Shown one piece after another: positions 39,647 to 49,273 of a stretch of 64,000 nucleotides of DNA. How positions within the stretch are numbered: the first letter of the stretch is position 1; every line of letters begins with the position of its first letter. This DNA is from an uncultured cyanobacterium (GTDB taxonomy: Bacteria > Cyanobacteriota > Cyanobacteriia > Leptolyngbyales > Leptolyngbyaceae), in the NCBI GenBank assembly GCA_963766075.1, contig CAVYAN010000061.1, forward strand, positions 64,001 through 128,000, read 5' to 3'. The translations under genes were made by a program, and so were the position numbers. The notes beneath the pieces were generated by a model that was given only the letters and a program-made list of their open reading frames with translations, made no database searches and had not been told where the DNA came from.

Positions 39647-40525
39647 TTAGTCAGGCAGCACAGAAGAGGCAGCGTCAATTAGGTGTGTCGTTAAGTGTGA
39701 TGCGGCTTGATCCGCAATCAAGTTAATTCTGAGGTCGTGGTAGAACTCCGTTTGGGCCAGTTCTACCTTGGACTGGGCCGATAGAAGTAAGAGTGCCCAA
39801 AATACGCCGACGCGATCGTGCTGGGGGGGCGGGGGCGGTTCGGTTTCGGTGACGGCGGCGTGGGCATGGGAAACATGGTAGCCGTTAATTTGGCTCCACA
39901 GTTCTAAGAGAAGTTCAAAATCGATCCAGTTCTGGCCTTGACTGAGGTGGGTCCAGTATTGGATAAAGAACTCCTCTAGGGCGATCGCCATTTCAGTCAG
40001 GTTCTCATTATGGGCCAGTTCTGCGATCGTCCGGAGGGCCTCGCTGCGGGAATGTTGTTTGGGGCGTTTGAGGCGTTTTTGGCGGGGAGTGGGATCGTCG
40101 AGGGCAGCAGCAATGGTTTGAATTTGATCAATTAACTCTTTGAGCGTGACGCGCCGTTTTTGGGGCGGTTGGGCCACAGCACGGCGGCGCAGGCGGCGCT
40201 CTAGAAACGGCGGTAGCACATTGCCGTCTAGACCCAACTCATCCAGGAAACCGTCGCCATCTCCAGGGTCGGTTTCTGGGGTCGGCTCTGGCTGGGCCAA
40301 ACTGTCTGCCTTTAGCAGGAGCAACATCGAAGCGTAGAGAAATGCCTGCCCCGACTGAGACAGATTGTCCTCGTACAAGGCTTGCCCAGAGCCGCTGAAG
40401 GGGCTGAGTTCGTTTAAAAAGCGGTCAATGACATCGACGACTTTGACGTCCCAAGGGTCAATTTCCCCACGCTCTGCCATGTCGATGAGGAGGGCGATCG
40501 CATCTTGAGCTAAAGCAAGGGCCAT
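39647..40525 (-). CDS. scpA: Segregation/condensation protein A
   Basis: LID.AERGEIDPWDV.V.DVIDRFL, SGQAFLYASML.LLKA, RRVTL.ELI, DRVGVFWALLLLSAQSKVEL.Q.EFY. Confidence 0.9.
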   Translation of the reverse strand: MALALAQDAIALLIDMAERGEIDPWDVKVVDVIDRFLNELSPFSGSGQALYEDNLSQSGQAFLYASMLLLLKADSLAQPEPTPETDPGDGDGFLDELGLDGNVLPPFLERRLRRRAVAQPPQKRRVTLKELIDQIQTIAAALDDPTPRQKRLKRPKQHSRSEALRTIAELAHNENLTEMAIALEEFFIQYWTHLSQGQNWIDFELLLELWSQINGYHVSHAHAAVTETEPPPPPQHDRVGVFWALLLLSAQSKVELAQTEFYHDLRINLIADQAASHLTTHLIDAASSVLPD

Positions 40526-40678
40526 GGACTAAAACCTGTAGCGACGCGTCAGACGTACGGAATAGGGAACGTGTCTGTATGGTAGCCCAGAAATTCTTGG
40601 CGGTTTAGAGAAAAGGACTAGCCCGCGGCCTTCTCTCCTTGGATTTCTGGGCGATCGATAGGGCAATTAATGGGCTTA

Positions 40679-40835
40679 GGAGATTTCTATGAAAGAATCT
40701 GCCGATCCAGATTGCTCCCTGAGCGGAGTCGAAGGGAGCAATCTGCCGCCGGCTGAGCGGAGTCGTAGTTCACTTCCCGCAGAATAGCCAGCGGATTTAT
40801 TACCCAGTGGGTATATTACTTTCTTGGAGATTGCC
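40679..40835 (+). mobile_element. MITE copy B (157 bp)
   Basis: TTA|GGAGATTTCT...GGAGATTGCC|TTA; internal hairpin GATTGCTCCCT-GAGCGGAGTCGA-AGGGAGCAATC. The right TTA is the stop codon of the LapA-family gene. Confidence 0.8.
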
Positions 40836-41198
40836 TTATTGGGCGTAGACTTCCACCTCTTTATCCTCGGGCTTGGCCGCAGCAGCGGGCAAAAGACGCT
40901 GCTGTTCCTGGATTTCGGCTTTGTAGCGTTCTACGTCTTCTTCAAGCTCGTGGATTCGGGTTTCGCGCAAGTTGACTTCTTGGGTCACTTCGATGGTTTT
41001 TTGCAATTGGGTCCAGACGCTGAAGACCCAGGCCAGGACGGCACCAATGCCCAGCGCCAGAATGAGTTCAACCGCCAGGGGAGCCTGTAGTTCTACCCCC
41101 TGCACCACGTGGATAATAGTCGGTTCTGTATTTTCGATGCCAAACAGCACGAGTGCCAAGCAGATGACAAAGATGATGACAAAGTTGACTTGTCGCAT
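40836..41198 (-). CDS. LapA/DUF1049 family membrane protein
   Basis: MRQVNFVIIFVICLALVLFGIENT.P.......QAPLAVELILALG.GAVLAW followed by a coiled coil. Confidence 0.8.
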   Translation of the reverse strand: MRQVNFVIIFVICLALVLFGIENTEPTIIHVVQGVELQAPLAVELILALGIGAVLAWVFSVWTQLQKTIEVTQEVNLRETRIHELEEDVERYKAEIQEQQRLLPAAAAKPEDKEVEVYAQ

Positions 41199-41521
41199 AC
41201 CAAGATTCCTCAGCGTGTCGAAGGATGTGTTGAAAATTTGTCGAAAGATGCAGCCCTTGGAACTATCTCCAGCGATCGCCGTTTTTGTCCAAATGGGCTG
41301 CTTCAATATGTACCAGAGAGCCTGCAAAAATGTAGCACTATGAACAATTTTTTTATGGTTTGGGAATAAGCGGTCTAAGATAAAAGATATGTTTTTATCG
41401 CTTGTTGGTCTAGTTCCCCCCGTGCCCATACAGGGCGGGGGGGCCGTTATTTGGGGTTACCTCGTCTGGGGCCAACAAGTCTTTAAAATTTTAATGAAAA
41501 ATTCCCAGTGGGTAATCTCGC

Positions 41522-43120
41522 ATGAATGTTTTGTTGCTGTATCCGCGGTTTCCCAAAAGTTTTTGGTCGTTTGAAAAGACGTTGGAATTAGTGGGGCGCA
41601 AGGCTATGCTACCGCCGTTAGGGCTGGTCACTGTGGCGGCGATTTTGCCCCAGGAATGGCAGTTTAAACTGGCGGATCGCAACATTCGCGAGATTTCTGA
41701 GGCGGAATGGGCCTGGGCTGATCTGGTCATTCTGTCGGCGATGATTGTCCAGAAGGAGGATTTTCTGGAGCAGATTCGGGAAGCAAAGCGGCGCGGGAAG
41801 CGCGTCGCCGTGGGGGGCCCCTATCCGACCGCTTTGCCAGAAGAGGTGCTGGGAGTCGGGGCGGACTACATGATTTTAGATGAGGGGGAGATTACCTTGC
41901 CGCTGTTTGTCGAGGCGATCGCCCGCAACGAGCCCACGGGGATGTTCCGAGCCGATGGCAACCGTCCAGATGTCACCGGCACCCCGGTACCCCGGTTTGA
42001 CCTGCTGGAACTGAATGCCTATTCGGAAATGTCCGTGCAGTTTTCGCGGGGCTGTCCCTTCCAGTGTGAATTTTGCGACATTATTGTGCTGTATGGGCGC
42101 AAGCCGCGCACCAAAACACCAGAGCAGCTTTTGGCGGAGTTGGACTGCCTGTATGAGCTGGGTTGGCGGCGCAGTGTGTTTATGGTGGATGACAACTTCA
42201 TTGGCAACAAGCGCAATGTGAAACTGTTCCTGAAGCAGTTGCAGCCTTGGGTGGTGGCCCATCGCTATCCCTTCTCCTTCGCGACGGAGGCTTCGGTGGA
42301 TTTGGCCCAGGATCAGGAACTTATGGATGCCATGGTGGCCTGTAATTTTGGCTCAGTGTTTTTGGGCATTGAAACGCCGGACGAGGAAAGTTTAGCCCTC
42401 ACCCAGAAGTTCCAGAATACGCGGGATTCCCTGAGTGAGTCGGTGCTGCGGATTTCGCGATCGGGCTTGCGGGTTATGGCGGGCTTTATTATTGGATTTG
42501 ACGGTGAAAAAGCGGGCGCGGGGCAGCGGATTGTCCAATTCGTGGAGCAGACGGCGATCCCCACGGCGTTGTTTAGCATGCTGCAAGCCTTGCCAGATAC
42601 GGCCCTGTGGCATCGGCTCAAGCGGGAAGGTCGGCTGCGGGGCGAGTCGGCCAATATTAACCAGACGACGCTGATGAATTATGTGCCGACCCGCCCCCTG
42701 GAGGATATTGCCACGGAATACATCAACGCCTTTTGGGACCTGTACGATCCGGAGAAGTTTCTGGACCGGGCCTATCGCCACCATCGTCTGTTGGGTGAGG
42801 CGAATTTCCCCAAGCGGGACAAGAGTGCCAATAAAAAACTGGATTGGATGGCGGTGCGGGCGATCGCCATTATTGCCTGGAGACAGGGACTACTGCGGAA
42901 AACGCGCGGTCAGTTCTGGCGCAACCTGATCAGCATGTATCGCCACAATCGCGGGGGGATCAGCAGCTATCTATCGGTCTGTGCCCAGATTGAGCATTTT
43001 CTGGAGTATCGTCAATTGGTCAAGGATGAAATAACCGCTCAGGTACAGGAATTTTTGGCCGAGGAAGCGAAGTTGTCTCTGGTCGTTGACCAGAAATTGC
43101 CAGAAAAAGTTGCCATTTAG
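41522..43120 (+). CDS. B12-binding radical SAM protein (DUF4070)
   Basis: PPLGLVTVAA, VGGPYPT, SRGCPFQCEFC, FMVDDNFIGN, VFLGIETP, GFIIGFD. Confidence 0.92.
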   Translation: MNVLLLYPRFPKSFWSFEKTLELVGRKAMLPPLGLVTVAAILPQEWQFKLADRNIREISEAEWAWADLVILSAMIVQKEDFLEQIREAKRRGKRVAVGGPYPTALPEEVLGVGADYMILDEGEITLPLFVEAIARNEPTGMFRADGNRPDVTGTPVPRFDLLELNAYSEMSVQFSRGCPFQCEFCDIIVLYGRKPRTKTPEQLLAELDCLYELGWRRSVFMVDDNFIGNKRNVKLFLKQLQPWVVAHRYPFSFATEASVDLAQDQELMDAMVACNFGSVFLGIETPDEESLALTQKFQNTRDSLSESVLRISRSGLRVMAGFIIGFDGEKAGAGQRIVQFVEQTAIPTALFSMLQALPDTALWHRLKREGRLRGESANINQTTLMNYVPTRPLEDIATEYINAFWDLYDPEKFLDRAYRHHRLLGEANFPKRDKSANKKLDWMAVRAIAIIAWRQGLLRKTRGQFWRNLISMYRHNRGGISSYLSVCAQIEHFLEYRQLVKDEITAQVQEFLAEEAKLSLVVDQKLPEKVAI

Positions 43121-43124
43121 GTAA

Positions 43125-43263
43125 GGCGATTTCCAGGAAAAATTATACCGACCGAGATTGCTCCCTGAGCGCAGCCGTAGGGAGCAATCTCTCGCTGGCT
43201 GAGCGCAGCCATAGTCCACTTCCCGCAGGGTATCCAGCAGGTATTTATTTGTCAGAAATCGCC
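43125..43263 (+). mobile_element. MITE copy C (139 bp)
   Basis: TAA|GGCGATTTCC...AGAAATCGCC|TAA; same internal modules as copies B and E. Confidence 0.85.
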
Positions 43264-43292
43264 TAATTACTAAGAACACTCTTCGCCTAAAA

Positions 43293-43400
43293 CCGCTCCC
43301 TGAGCGGAGTCGCCTACAATCGCTCCCTGAGCGGAGTCGAAGGGAGCAGTTACTGGCTAAGCGGGAGCCATAGGCCGCTTCCCGCAGCGTAGCCAGCGGG
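43293..43400 (+). repeat. Internal MITE/REP-like modules without recognisable TIRs (copy D)
   Basis: GCTCCCTGAGCGGAGTCG twice, GAAGGGAGCA, CTGGCTAAGCGGGAGCC...GCTTCCCGCAGCGTAGCCAGC. Confidence 0.7.
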
Positions 43401-43424
43401 GTCATCTGGAATTAACTGGGACGT

Positions 43425-44486
43425 TTAATTTGGGATTTGGCCCATGGATTCGTTCGGTTTTTCCAGCACTGCATCCAAGGTGCCTTTTACCGTGCCAGCA
43501 ATCGGGACTGCCACTAAAACACCCAAGAATCCGGCAATTTGCAACCCTACCAGCAGGGCGATGAAAATCCAAATGGGATTGAGTCCGGTGAAGTTGCCCA
43601 TCATGCGGGGGGCAATCACATTGTCTCGGATTTGTTGAATCACGGTGGCGGCGATCGCCACCTTCAGCGCCAGAGTAAAGCTTTGCAGCATCAACAGCAG
43701 CACCACCAAGCCAATCCCTAGAGTAGCCCCAATAAACGGAATCAGTTCCGCAATCCCAATCACGAGGGCAAACAGCAGCGCAAAGGGCACCTGGAGCCAC
43801 AGAAATATCGGGATCAGTACCGCCGTCATAAATCCGGCCAGAATTACCTGGCTGATAAAGAAATTTTGGAAGTTGAGCCGGAGAGATTGACTCAAGGGAA
43901 TACCGTATTCCGGGGGCATGAGATTAATCAGACCCCGCCAGAGGCGATCGCCATAGAGCAGCATATAAAAGGCCAGCACCAGCACCAACAGGCTATTCAC
44001 CAAACTGCTGACCGTACCCAGGGCCAGTCCCAGGGCTTGGGGAGCGAGGGTTTGCACTTGACTTTCCAGTTGGGTCGCCAATTGGCCACTGACCCGATTG
44101 AAATCGACCGGCAGATTGCGCGATCGCGCCCAATTATCAAAGGCTTGCCAATTGCTTTGGCTTGACCCTAGCCAAGCCGGAATTCTTTCCAAAAGCTGGC
44201 TGGTCTGGTCCAGAATCAGCGGCACCAGAGTGACACCCGCCACCACCAACAGCGCCACAGTAATCATTAAAACAATGCTCACCGCTGGGATTCGCCGCAC
44301 GCGAATTTTTTCCAGCCAGCGAACCGGATAGTTGAGCAAGAAGGCGATTACTGCTGAAATCACCAGTACCGTAATCAGTCCTTCAAAGTAGCGAAATACT
44401 TGACTCAGCAGCCACAGATTCACCCCGACGATGGGACCACTCAGCCCCAGGATCAGAAAACGTTTGAGGTCGGTGGCACGGTGCAT
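43425..44486 (-). CDS. AI-2E family transporter
   Basis: IAFLLNYPV..L, FYMLL.G, ELIPFIGA, QQIRDNVIAPRMMGN.TGLNP, GFLGVLVAVP. Confidence 0.92.
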   Translation of the reverse strand: MHRATDLKRFLILGLSGPIVGVNLWLLSQVFRYFEGLITVLVISAVIAFLLNYPVRWLEKIRVRRIPAVSIVLMITVALLVVAGVTLVPLILDQTSQLLERIPAWLGSSQSNWQAFDNWARSRNLPVDFNRVSGQLATQLESQVQTLAPQALGLALGTVSSLVNSLLVLVLAFYMLLYGDRLWRGLINLMPPEYGIPLSQSLRLNFQNFFISQVILAGFMTAVLIPIFLWLQVPFALLFALVIGIAELIPFIGATLGIGLVVLLLMLQSFTLALKVAIAATVIQQIRDNVIAPRMMGNFTGLNPIWIFIALLVGLQIAGFLGVLVAVPIAGTVKGTLDAVLEKPNESMGQIPN

Positions 44487-44496
44487 AGGGGATCGC

Positions 44497-45303
44497 CTAT
44501 AGCGGGGCAGAGGTCGGACTAATGGACACAGCGGGCTGGGTTGATTGTTTGAAATACTGGGCCTTGAGATATTGTCCCGCGATCACGAGGGCCAGGATTA
44601 GGCCAGCGCCAATGCCGATCGCGTTCGGCATCCAAAAGGCAGCATCGACATGATTTTCTGCGCCCGGGGTTAACGTCCAAATCAGCTGGTCACCTTCCCG
44701 GCGCACCGGTAGCGGCGAGAGGCTACGTGCACCCCATGGCGCTGATAGGCGGAATTCCAGATTTACCAACGCTGCCGGACTCAGCAACACACTGCCTGTG
44801 GACACCCCCAGCGATCGCAAATCCAGATCGTACTGTATCCGATTGCGCTCCAGTAGGAGTAAATTGCTGCGGTGAACCGTCAAGTGCGATTGTAGCTCTG
44901 GCAAATCACGGAGTAGGCTCGCTTGGGCCGGGGTGATATCCGTTGGACTAAAAAAGCGATTGAACTTGGTTTCTAAGTCCTTGGCATCGCCAAAGGGAAT
45001 CGTCACCCACAGTTCCTGATTCGGTCGTCGTTCAACCCGGCCTCCCAAACTGCGCGTGCTCTGTTCAATCAGGTTGGTCCACTGGCGAACCGTGCTGTCG
45101 CCAAGGCTGCGCAGGCGATCGCCGATCTGCAAATGCTGGATAATTTCGCCCTGACTGGGACTGGCTACATGAATACCCAAGTCATAATCCACGCATCCCG
45201 AGAGCAAAAGAGACGCGACCACCAGGAGCGCGATGGCTCGCAGACGTTGGAGTAGTTGCACCACTGAGAACATAGCCGTTTGCCTAACCATTTGCCTGAC
45301 CAT
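44497..45303 (-). CDS. DUF3153 family lipoprotein
   Basis: Lipobox LLLSGC, DLDLRSLGV, L.W.L.PG..N....FW.P..IGIG TM anchor; start uncertain. Confidence 0.8.
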   Translation of the reverse strand: MVRQMVRQTAMFSVVQLLQRLRAIALLVVASLLLSGCVDYDLGIHVASPSQGEIIQHLQIGDRLRSLGDSTVRQWTNLIEQSTRSLGGRVERRPNQELWVTIPFGDAKDLETKFNRFFSPTDITPAQASLLRDLPELQSHLTVHRSNLLLLERNRIQYDLDLRSLGVSTGSVLLSPAALVNLEFRLSAPWGARSLSPLPVRREGDQLIWTLTPGAENHVDAAFWMPNAIGIGAGLILALVIAGQYLKAQYFKQSTQPAVSISPTSAPL

Positions 45304-45485
45304 TGGGATTGCCTAACCCTTGGTATGATCTAACAACCTTTTTGCTAATCTGTCGCGTTATTTTCAATATTTTGCTGGAATCCGGTTAGACCAATAAGGG
45401 CGAGAGATAAAGAGAAAAAAGCAAGGGCTCAAGAGGCAGAGGGCACATCTGAATCGGCGGCGGCATTACCCGGATCTAGGATTAA

Positions 45486-45638
45486 GGCGGTTTCCATGAA
45501 AATTATACCGACCGAGAGTGTTCCCTTCGACTTCGCTCCCTTCGACTTCGCTCAGGGAGCAGGTTTTACTGGCTGAGCGGAGCCGTAGTTCGCTTCCCGC
45601 AGGGTAGCCAGCAGGTCTATTACTTGTTGGAAATCGCC
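45486..45638 (+). mobile_element. MITE copy E (153 bp)
   Basis: TAA|GGCGGTTTCC...GGAAATCGCC|TAA; shares GAAAATTATACCGACCGAGA with copy C. Confidence 0.85.
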
Positions 45639-45734
45639 TAACCGATAGGATTAACCGTCGCCAGCGATATGGGCACTACGGGATTAATTTTAATTTTTCC
45701 TTTTGAATTTTTAATTTAACCCGATTGCCCCAGA

Positions 45735-46361
45735 CTATTGCCCCAGACTATTCCAAAGGGCCAAACTGCCTAGGGTCAGCACCGTAACTCCCAGGGCCAA
45801 CCCAATAAATTGATTGTCCCTGGGAATTTCTGGCGGGAGGGGTTCCGGTAATTCAAATAAGGGTTTAGATTTTTCTTTTCGGGTGGTTTTGGGTACAAAC
45901 TGGGAGGCTCCGCGCGTGCCATACCCGGCGTTGTCGGACAGATTGGTAAGATCGGGGATGGGCGTTGTCCATTCGGGGCGGATTTGTAACCGGGGTGCTT
46001 CTAGGATGTAGAGGAGCCGCTTCGCTTGAGTGCGAACAGTGTGGTCCGGGTGACGGCTGACTTGGCGACAGAGGGCGATCGCCGCATCCTGCTGGCCTGC
46101 GGCTTCGTAGGCGGTGACTAGCCACACCTGAACGGTTCCGCCAAGGCGAGAGCGGCGATCGCCCTGGGCTTGGGCCTGTTCCAAATATTGAATCGACTGG
46201 CGATAGTCACCCCGCTCAAAGGCTACTTTGCCTCGCTCAAAGGCAGCGAGAACACTGGCCGTTTGATCGGCGCTGGAACCGGAGTTGGGTCCCGGGCTAG
46301 AGTCTAGCTCCAGGGCTAAATTTGGGTCTGGACTGGGACTGGAACGAAGGTCTGAGCTCAC
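45735..46361 (-). CDS. TPR-containing membrane-anchored protein
   Basis: GK.AFERG.YR.S...LE, WLVTAYEA.G....AI.LC, QAKRLLYILEAP.L...PEW...IPDL; C-terminal TM segment. Confidence 0.8.
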   Translation of the reverse strand: MSSDLRSSPSPDPNLALELDSSPGPNSGSSADQTASVLAAFERGKVAFERGDYRQSIQYLEQAQAQGDRRSRLGGTVQVWLVTAYEAAGQQDAAIALCRQVSRHPDHTVRTQAKRLLYILEAPRLQIRPEWTTPIPDLTNLSDNAGYGTRGASQFVPKTTRKEKSKPLFELPEPLPPEIPRDNQFIGLALGVTVLTLGSLALWNSLGQ

Positions 46362-46407
46362 GATGATCGCATCAAAAACGTTTAGGATAAGGGGAGCGTT
46401 AACTCAA

Positions 46408-46530
46408 CTAAGCCAAAAATTAGCCGAGTCGAAACTAGGCCAAAAGTTAGCTGAATTTAAACAAATCTGAGTTAAACAGAGCTAAGTCAAGTAGAGCTGA
46501 GTCAAAGAGATTAGCCGAGTCAAGCAGAAC
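46408..46530. repeat. Degenerate 15/27-bp tandem repeat tract
   Basis: AACTAAGCCAAAAATTAGCCGAGTCGA / AACTAGGCCAAAAGTTAGCTGAATTTA followed by AACAGAGCTAAGTCA-like 15-mers. Confidence 0.6.
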
Positions 46531-46694
46531 AGCATCACGCTACCTCTGAACAGGGAACCTTTTGCACCGGAATCGAGTCATTGAATACTTAGAATAAACG
46601 CTGTCTTTTGCGGAAAGCAAGTTATGTGGGCGGGGCATCGACCGTTGCAGGTTGAACACGATAGGTTTTTGCTAATTTTATTACGGTAAAAAAT

Positions 46695-47264
46695 ATGTGG
46701 ATGCTACCGAAGGTTGCTCTTTCTGAATTTAATTTTTCAAAGCTTGACCTATCCCTGGGCCGATTGCCGAACGCGGTCAGAGTGGCGGCGATCGCCACGG
46801 CTCTCCTGGCTCACCCTGTTATAGTCCACGCCCAAGCGGCGCAAACCGTAGAACTGGATCGCAATGGCGCAGTCAAGGCCATTCCCTTCGAGCGGACCCA
46901 GTCTACGATCTACAGTCACACCCAGTTCCATAATCCATACTATTGGGGTGCGGCTCCGGTGATTATTTACCCCTATGGCCAGCCTGGGGGGCATCACCAC
47001 CACTCAGTCAACTACCCGATCAATAATCCGGACCAATATTCGAGTAGCAACTCTAGCGTGATCGTGATCAACCGCACGGTGATTTCCAGGCCCTTCTCCA
47101 ATTTCACTGGGATCACCCCTGAGATTGCGCGTCCCTACGCTTTCCCCGCCCAGATCGAGCAATACCGCTCTCCAGCCCGTTATCAAATCACCTTCCCAAC
47201 TCGATACGACTCGCGCCCCTATCGCCATGGGTATCCAACTCGCCACGGGTATCCAACTCGCTAA
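46695..47264 (+). CDS. Hypothetical secreted protein
   Basis: Signal-like segment AAIATALLAHPVIVHAQ; Tyr/Pro/His-rich; ends in RHGYPT repeats. Confidence 0.5.
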   Translation: MWMLPKVALSEFNFSKLDLSLGRLPNAVRVAAIATALLAHPVIVHAQAAQTVELDRNGAVKAIPFERTQSTIYSHTQFHNPYYWGAAPVIIYPYGQPGGHHHHSVNYPINNPDQYSSSNSSVIVINRTVISRPFSNFTGITPEIARPYAFPAQIEQYRSPARYQITFPTRYDSRPYRHGYPTRHGYPTR

Positions 47265-47318
47265 GGGTTGCCAGAGCGTTGGCTTACCGTTCATCTTTGC
47301 TGTTAGTGATTGACTTCT

Positions 47319-48338
47319 ATGCCGACCTATCCCGGAATTTCCAGTGAAGCCTTCCGTCACCCCCTCGATCGCCAAGCGGAACAAACCCTACGCAATGTGC
47401 CGGGGTTTGACTTGGTATCGCGCAAATTTGTGGAGTTTCTGACCGAGCGCCCACAATTTGTGTTTCAGATGGGAAATAGCATTCAAGTGGGGCCGCGCCA
47501 ATACGGTACGGTGTATCAAATGTTTCGCGAGTGTGTGCGGGATTTGGACATGCATCCAGAACCGAATTTTTTCATGTCCCAGTCGCCCCAAGTAAATGCC
47601 TATTCCTTGGGGCAAGAGCGGCCCTTCATTGTGCTGAATACGGGATTGCTGGACTTGCTGGATGAGCAGGAGCTGCGATCGGTAATTGCCCATGAGTTGG
47701 GCCATATCAAGTGTGGACACACCACTCTGCGCCAAATGGCGATTTGGACCACCCAAGCGATTTCTGGACTGGCGGAAATGACCTTTGGCCTCAGCACGCT
47801 GATCAGTTCAGGGCTAGTGCTGGCGTTTTATGAATGGCAGCGGAAAGCCGAATTGTCTTCCGATCGCGCCTCGCTGCTGGTCATGGATGAACTCAATCCT
47901 GTCCTCAGCACCATGATGAAAATCTCCGGGGGTAGTGTGAAACATGCCCACGAAATCAGTCTGGATGAATTCATTCGCCAATCGGAACGTTATCAGGAAA
48001 TGAATCAGGATGGACTGAATCAAATTTACCGATTCCTGATCTACAACACGGGCAATTTCCTCAGTCACCCCTTTACCGTCGAGCGGGCCATCTATCTCAA
48101 GGAATGGTCCAACAGCGAAGACTATCGCCAGATTCGCACAGGCAACTATCCCCGCGCCGGAGCAGAGGGTTCGGTCAATGTGCCTGCCACTCCGGTGGCA
48201 GACAGCGGCTCCAGCGGGGGTACTGGAACTGCCTCTGGAACTGCTGGGTCAGCGGGCCAAACCCCAGCGGATGTGGAGCGACTGCGCCGAGAGATTGCCG
48301 AGTTACAGGACGAAATCGATCGCATCCGTCGCCGCTAG
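47319..48338 (+). CDS. M48 family zinc metallopeptidase
   Basis: GISSEAFRHPLD, P.VNAYSLG, HELGHIKCGH, W.RKAELSSDRA, SHPF.VER. Confidence 0.92.
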   Translation: MPTYPGISSEAFRHPLDRQAEQTLRNVPGFDLVSRKFVEFLTERPQFVFQMGNSIQVGPRQYGTVYQMFRECVRDLDMHPEPNFFMSQSPQVNAYSLGQERPFIVLNTGLLDLLDEQELRSVIAHELGHIKCGHTTLRQMAIWTTQAISGLAEMTFGLSTLISSGLVLAFYEWQRKAELSSDRASLLVMDELNPVLSTMMKISGGSVKHAHEISLDEFIRQSERYQEMNQDGLNQIYRFLIYNTGNFLSHPFTVERAIYLKEWSNSEDYRQIRTGNYPRAGAEGSVNVPATPVADSGSSGGTGTASGTAGSAGQTPADVERLRREIAELQDEIDRIRRR

Positions 48339-48344
48339 AGTGAA

Positions 48345-49249
48345 TTAAGAATCTACAGCCTGCCGCAAGTTCCCCTGATGCTGAGCCAGGAGATGGCTTC
48401 CGGCTTCTTTGTCTAGGCCGGTCCAGTGCATGAGGAGAGCTAATTTGACGTTGCGATCGCTCGCTTCCAAGAGTTGGGCGGCGGTGGTCCGATTTAAATC
48501 GGTTAAATCTTCGATGATGCGGAGGGCGCGATCGTGGAGTTTGCGATTGGTGACGGCAACATCGACCATGCGATTGCCATAGACCTTGCCCAATTGCACC
48601 ATGGTGCCCGTGGAAATAATATTCAGAGCCAGTTTGGTGACGGTGCCTGCTTTCAATCGAGTGGATCCGGCTAAAATTTCCGGGCCGACAATAAGGCGAA
48701 TTTCCACGTCATAGTGTGCGGGAACTTGCTCTAGGGGGACACAGGCGATGAAAACGGTGGTAGCCCCGCGCTGGCGGGCTGCGTGCAAGGCCCCGTGGAC
48801 ATAGGGCGTGGTCCCTCCAGCGGTAATGCCAACGATCACATCACGGCTGGTGATCTGGTGCTGGGCGATCGCCGCTGCTCCATCCTCGGTCCGATCTTCA
48901 AGTCCTCGGAACTGCGGATCAAGGCTCCGGCCCCGCCCGCTAAAATCCCCTGTACCAATTCCGGCGGCGTGCAAAAGGTAGGTGGACATTCGGCAGCGTC
49001 CAATACGCCTAAACGCCCACTGGTGCCTGCTCCCAGGTAAAACAAGCGCCCACCCCGTTGCAAAGCCTGAGCGGAACGGGTAATTGCGTCAGCCAGTTCC
49101 AGGCGAGCTGCGGCGATCGCCGTGATTGTCCGGGCATCTTCTTGATTAAACAGATCCACTAACTCGACTGGACTCAATTGGTCCAGATTATGACTGTTGG
49201 GATTCGCTTGCTCAGTCAGCAAGTGTCCCCGTTGTTCCAAATTTTGCAT
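48345..49249 (-). pseudogene. murQ: N-acetylmuramic acid 6-phosphate etherase, split by a 1-bp deletion (possibly a sequencing error)
   Basis: LLTEQANP, YLGAGTSGRLGVLDAAECPPTF in one frame; EDRTEDG, GITAGGTTPYV, GPEILAGSTRLKAGT, GKVYGNRMVDV in the other; shift at about 48898. Confidence 0.92.
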
Positions 49250-49273
49250 GCTTAATGTTTAATTTTTAATTCA

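Noticed and set aside
41200..41521. Cobalamin riboswitch upstream of the B12 radical SAM gene
   Set aside because: No B12-box or conserved core recognised.
42971..43405. 144-aa ORF with SLRLRSGS repeats
   Set aside because: Antisense translation of the MITE/REP-like modules.
46408..46530. CRISPR array (also considered for the MITE cluster)
   Set aside because: No identical repeats separated by unique, regular-length spacers; no cas genes.
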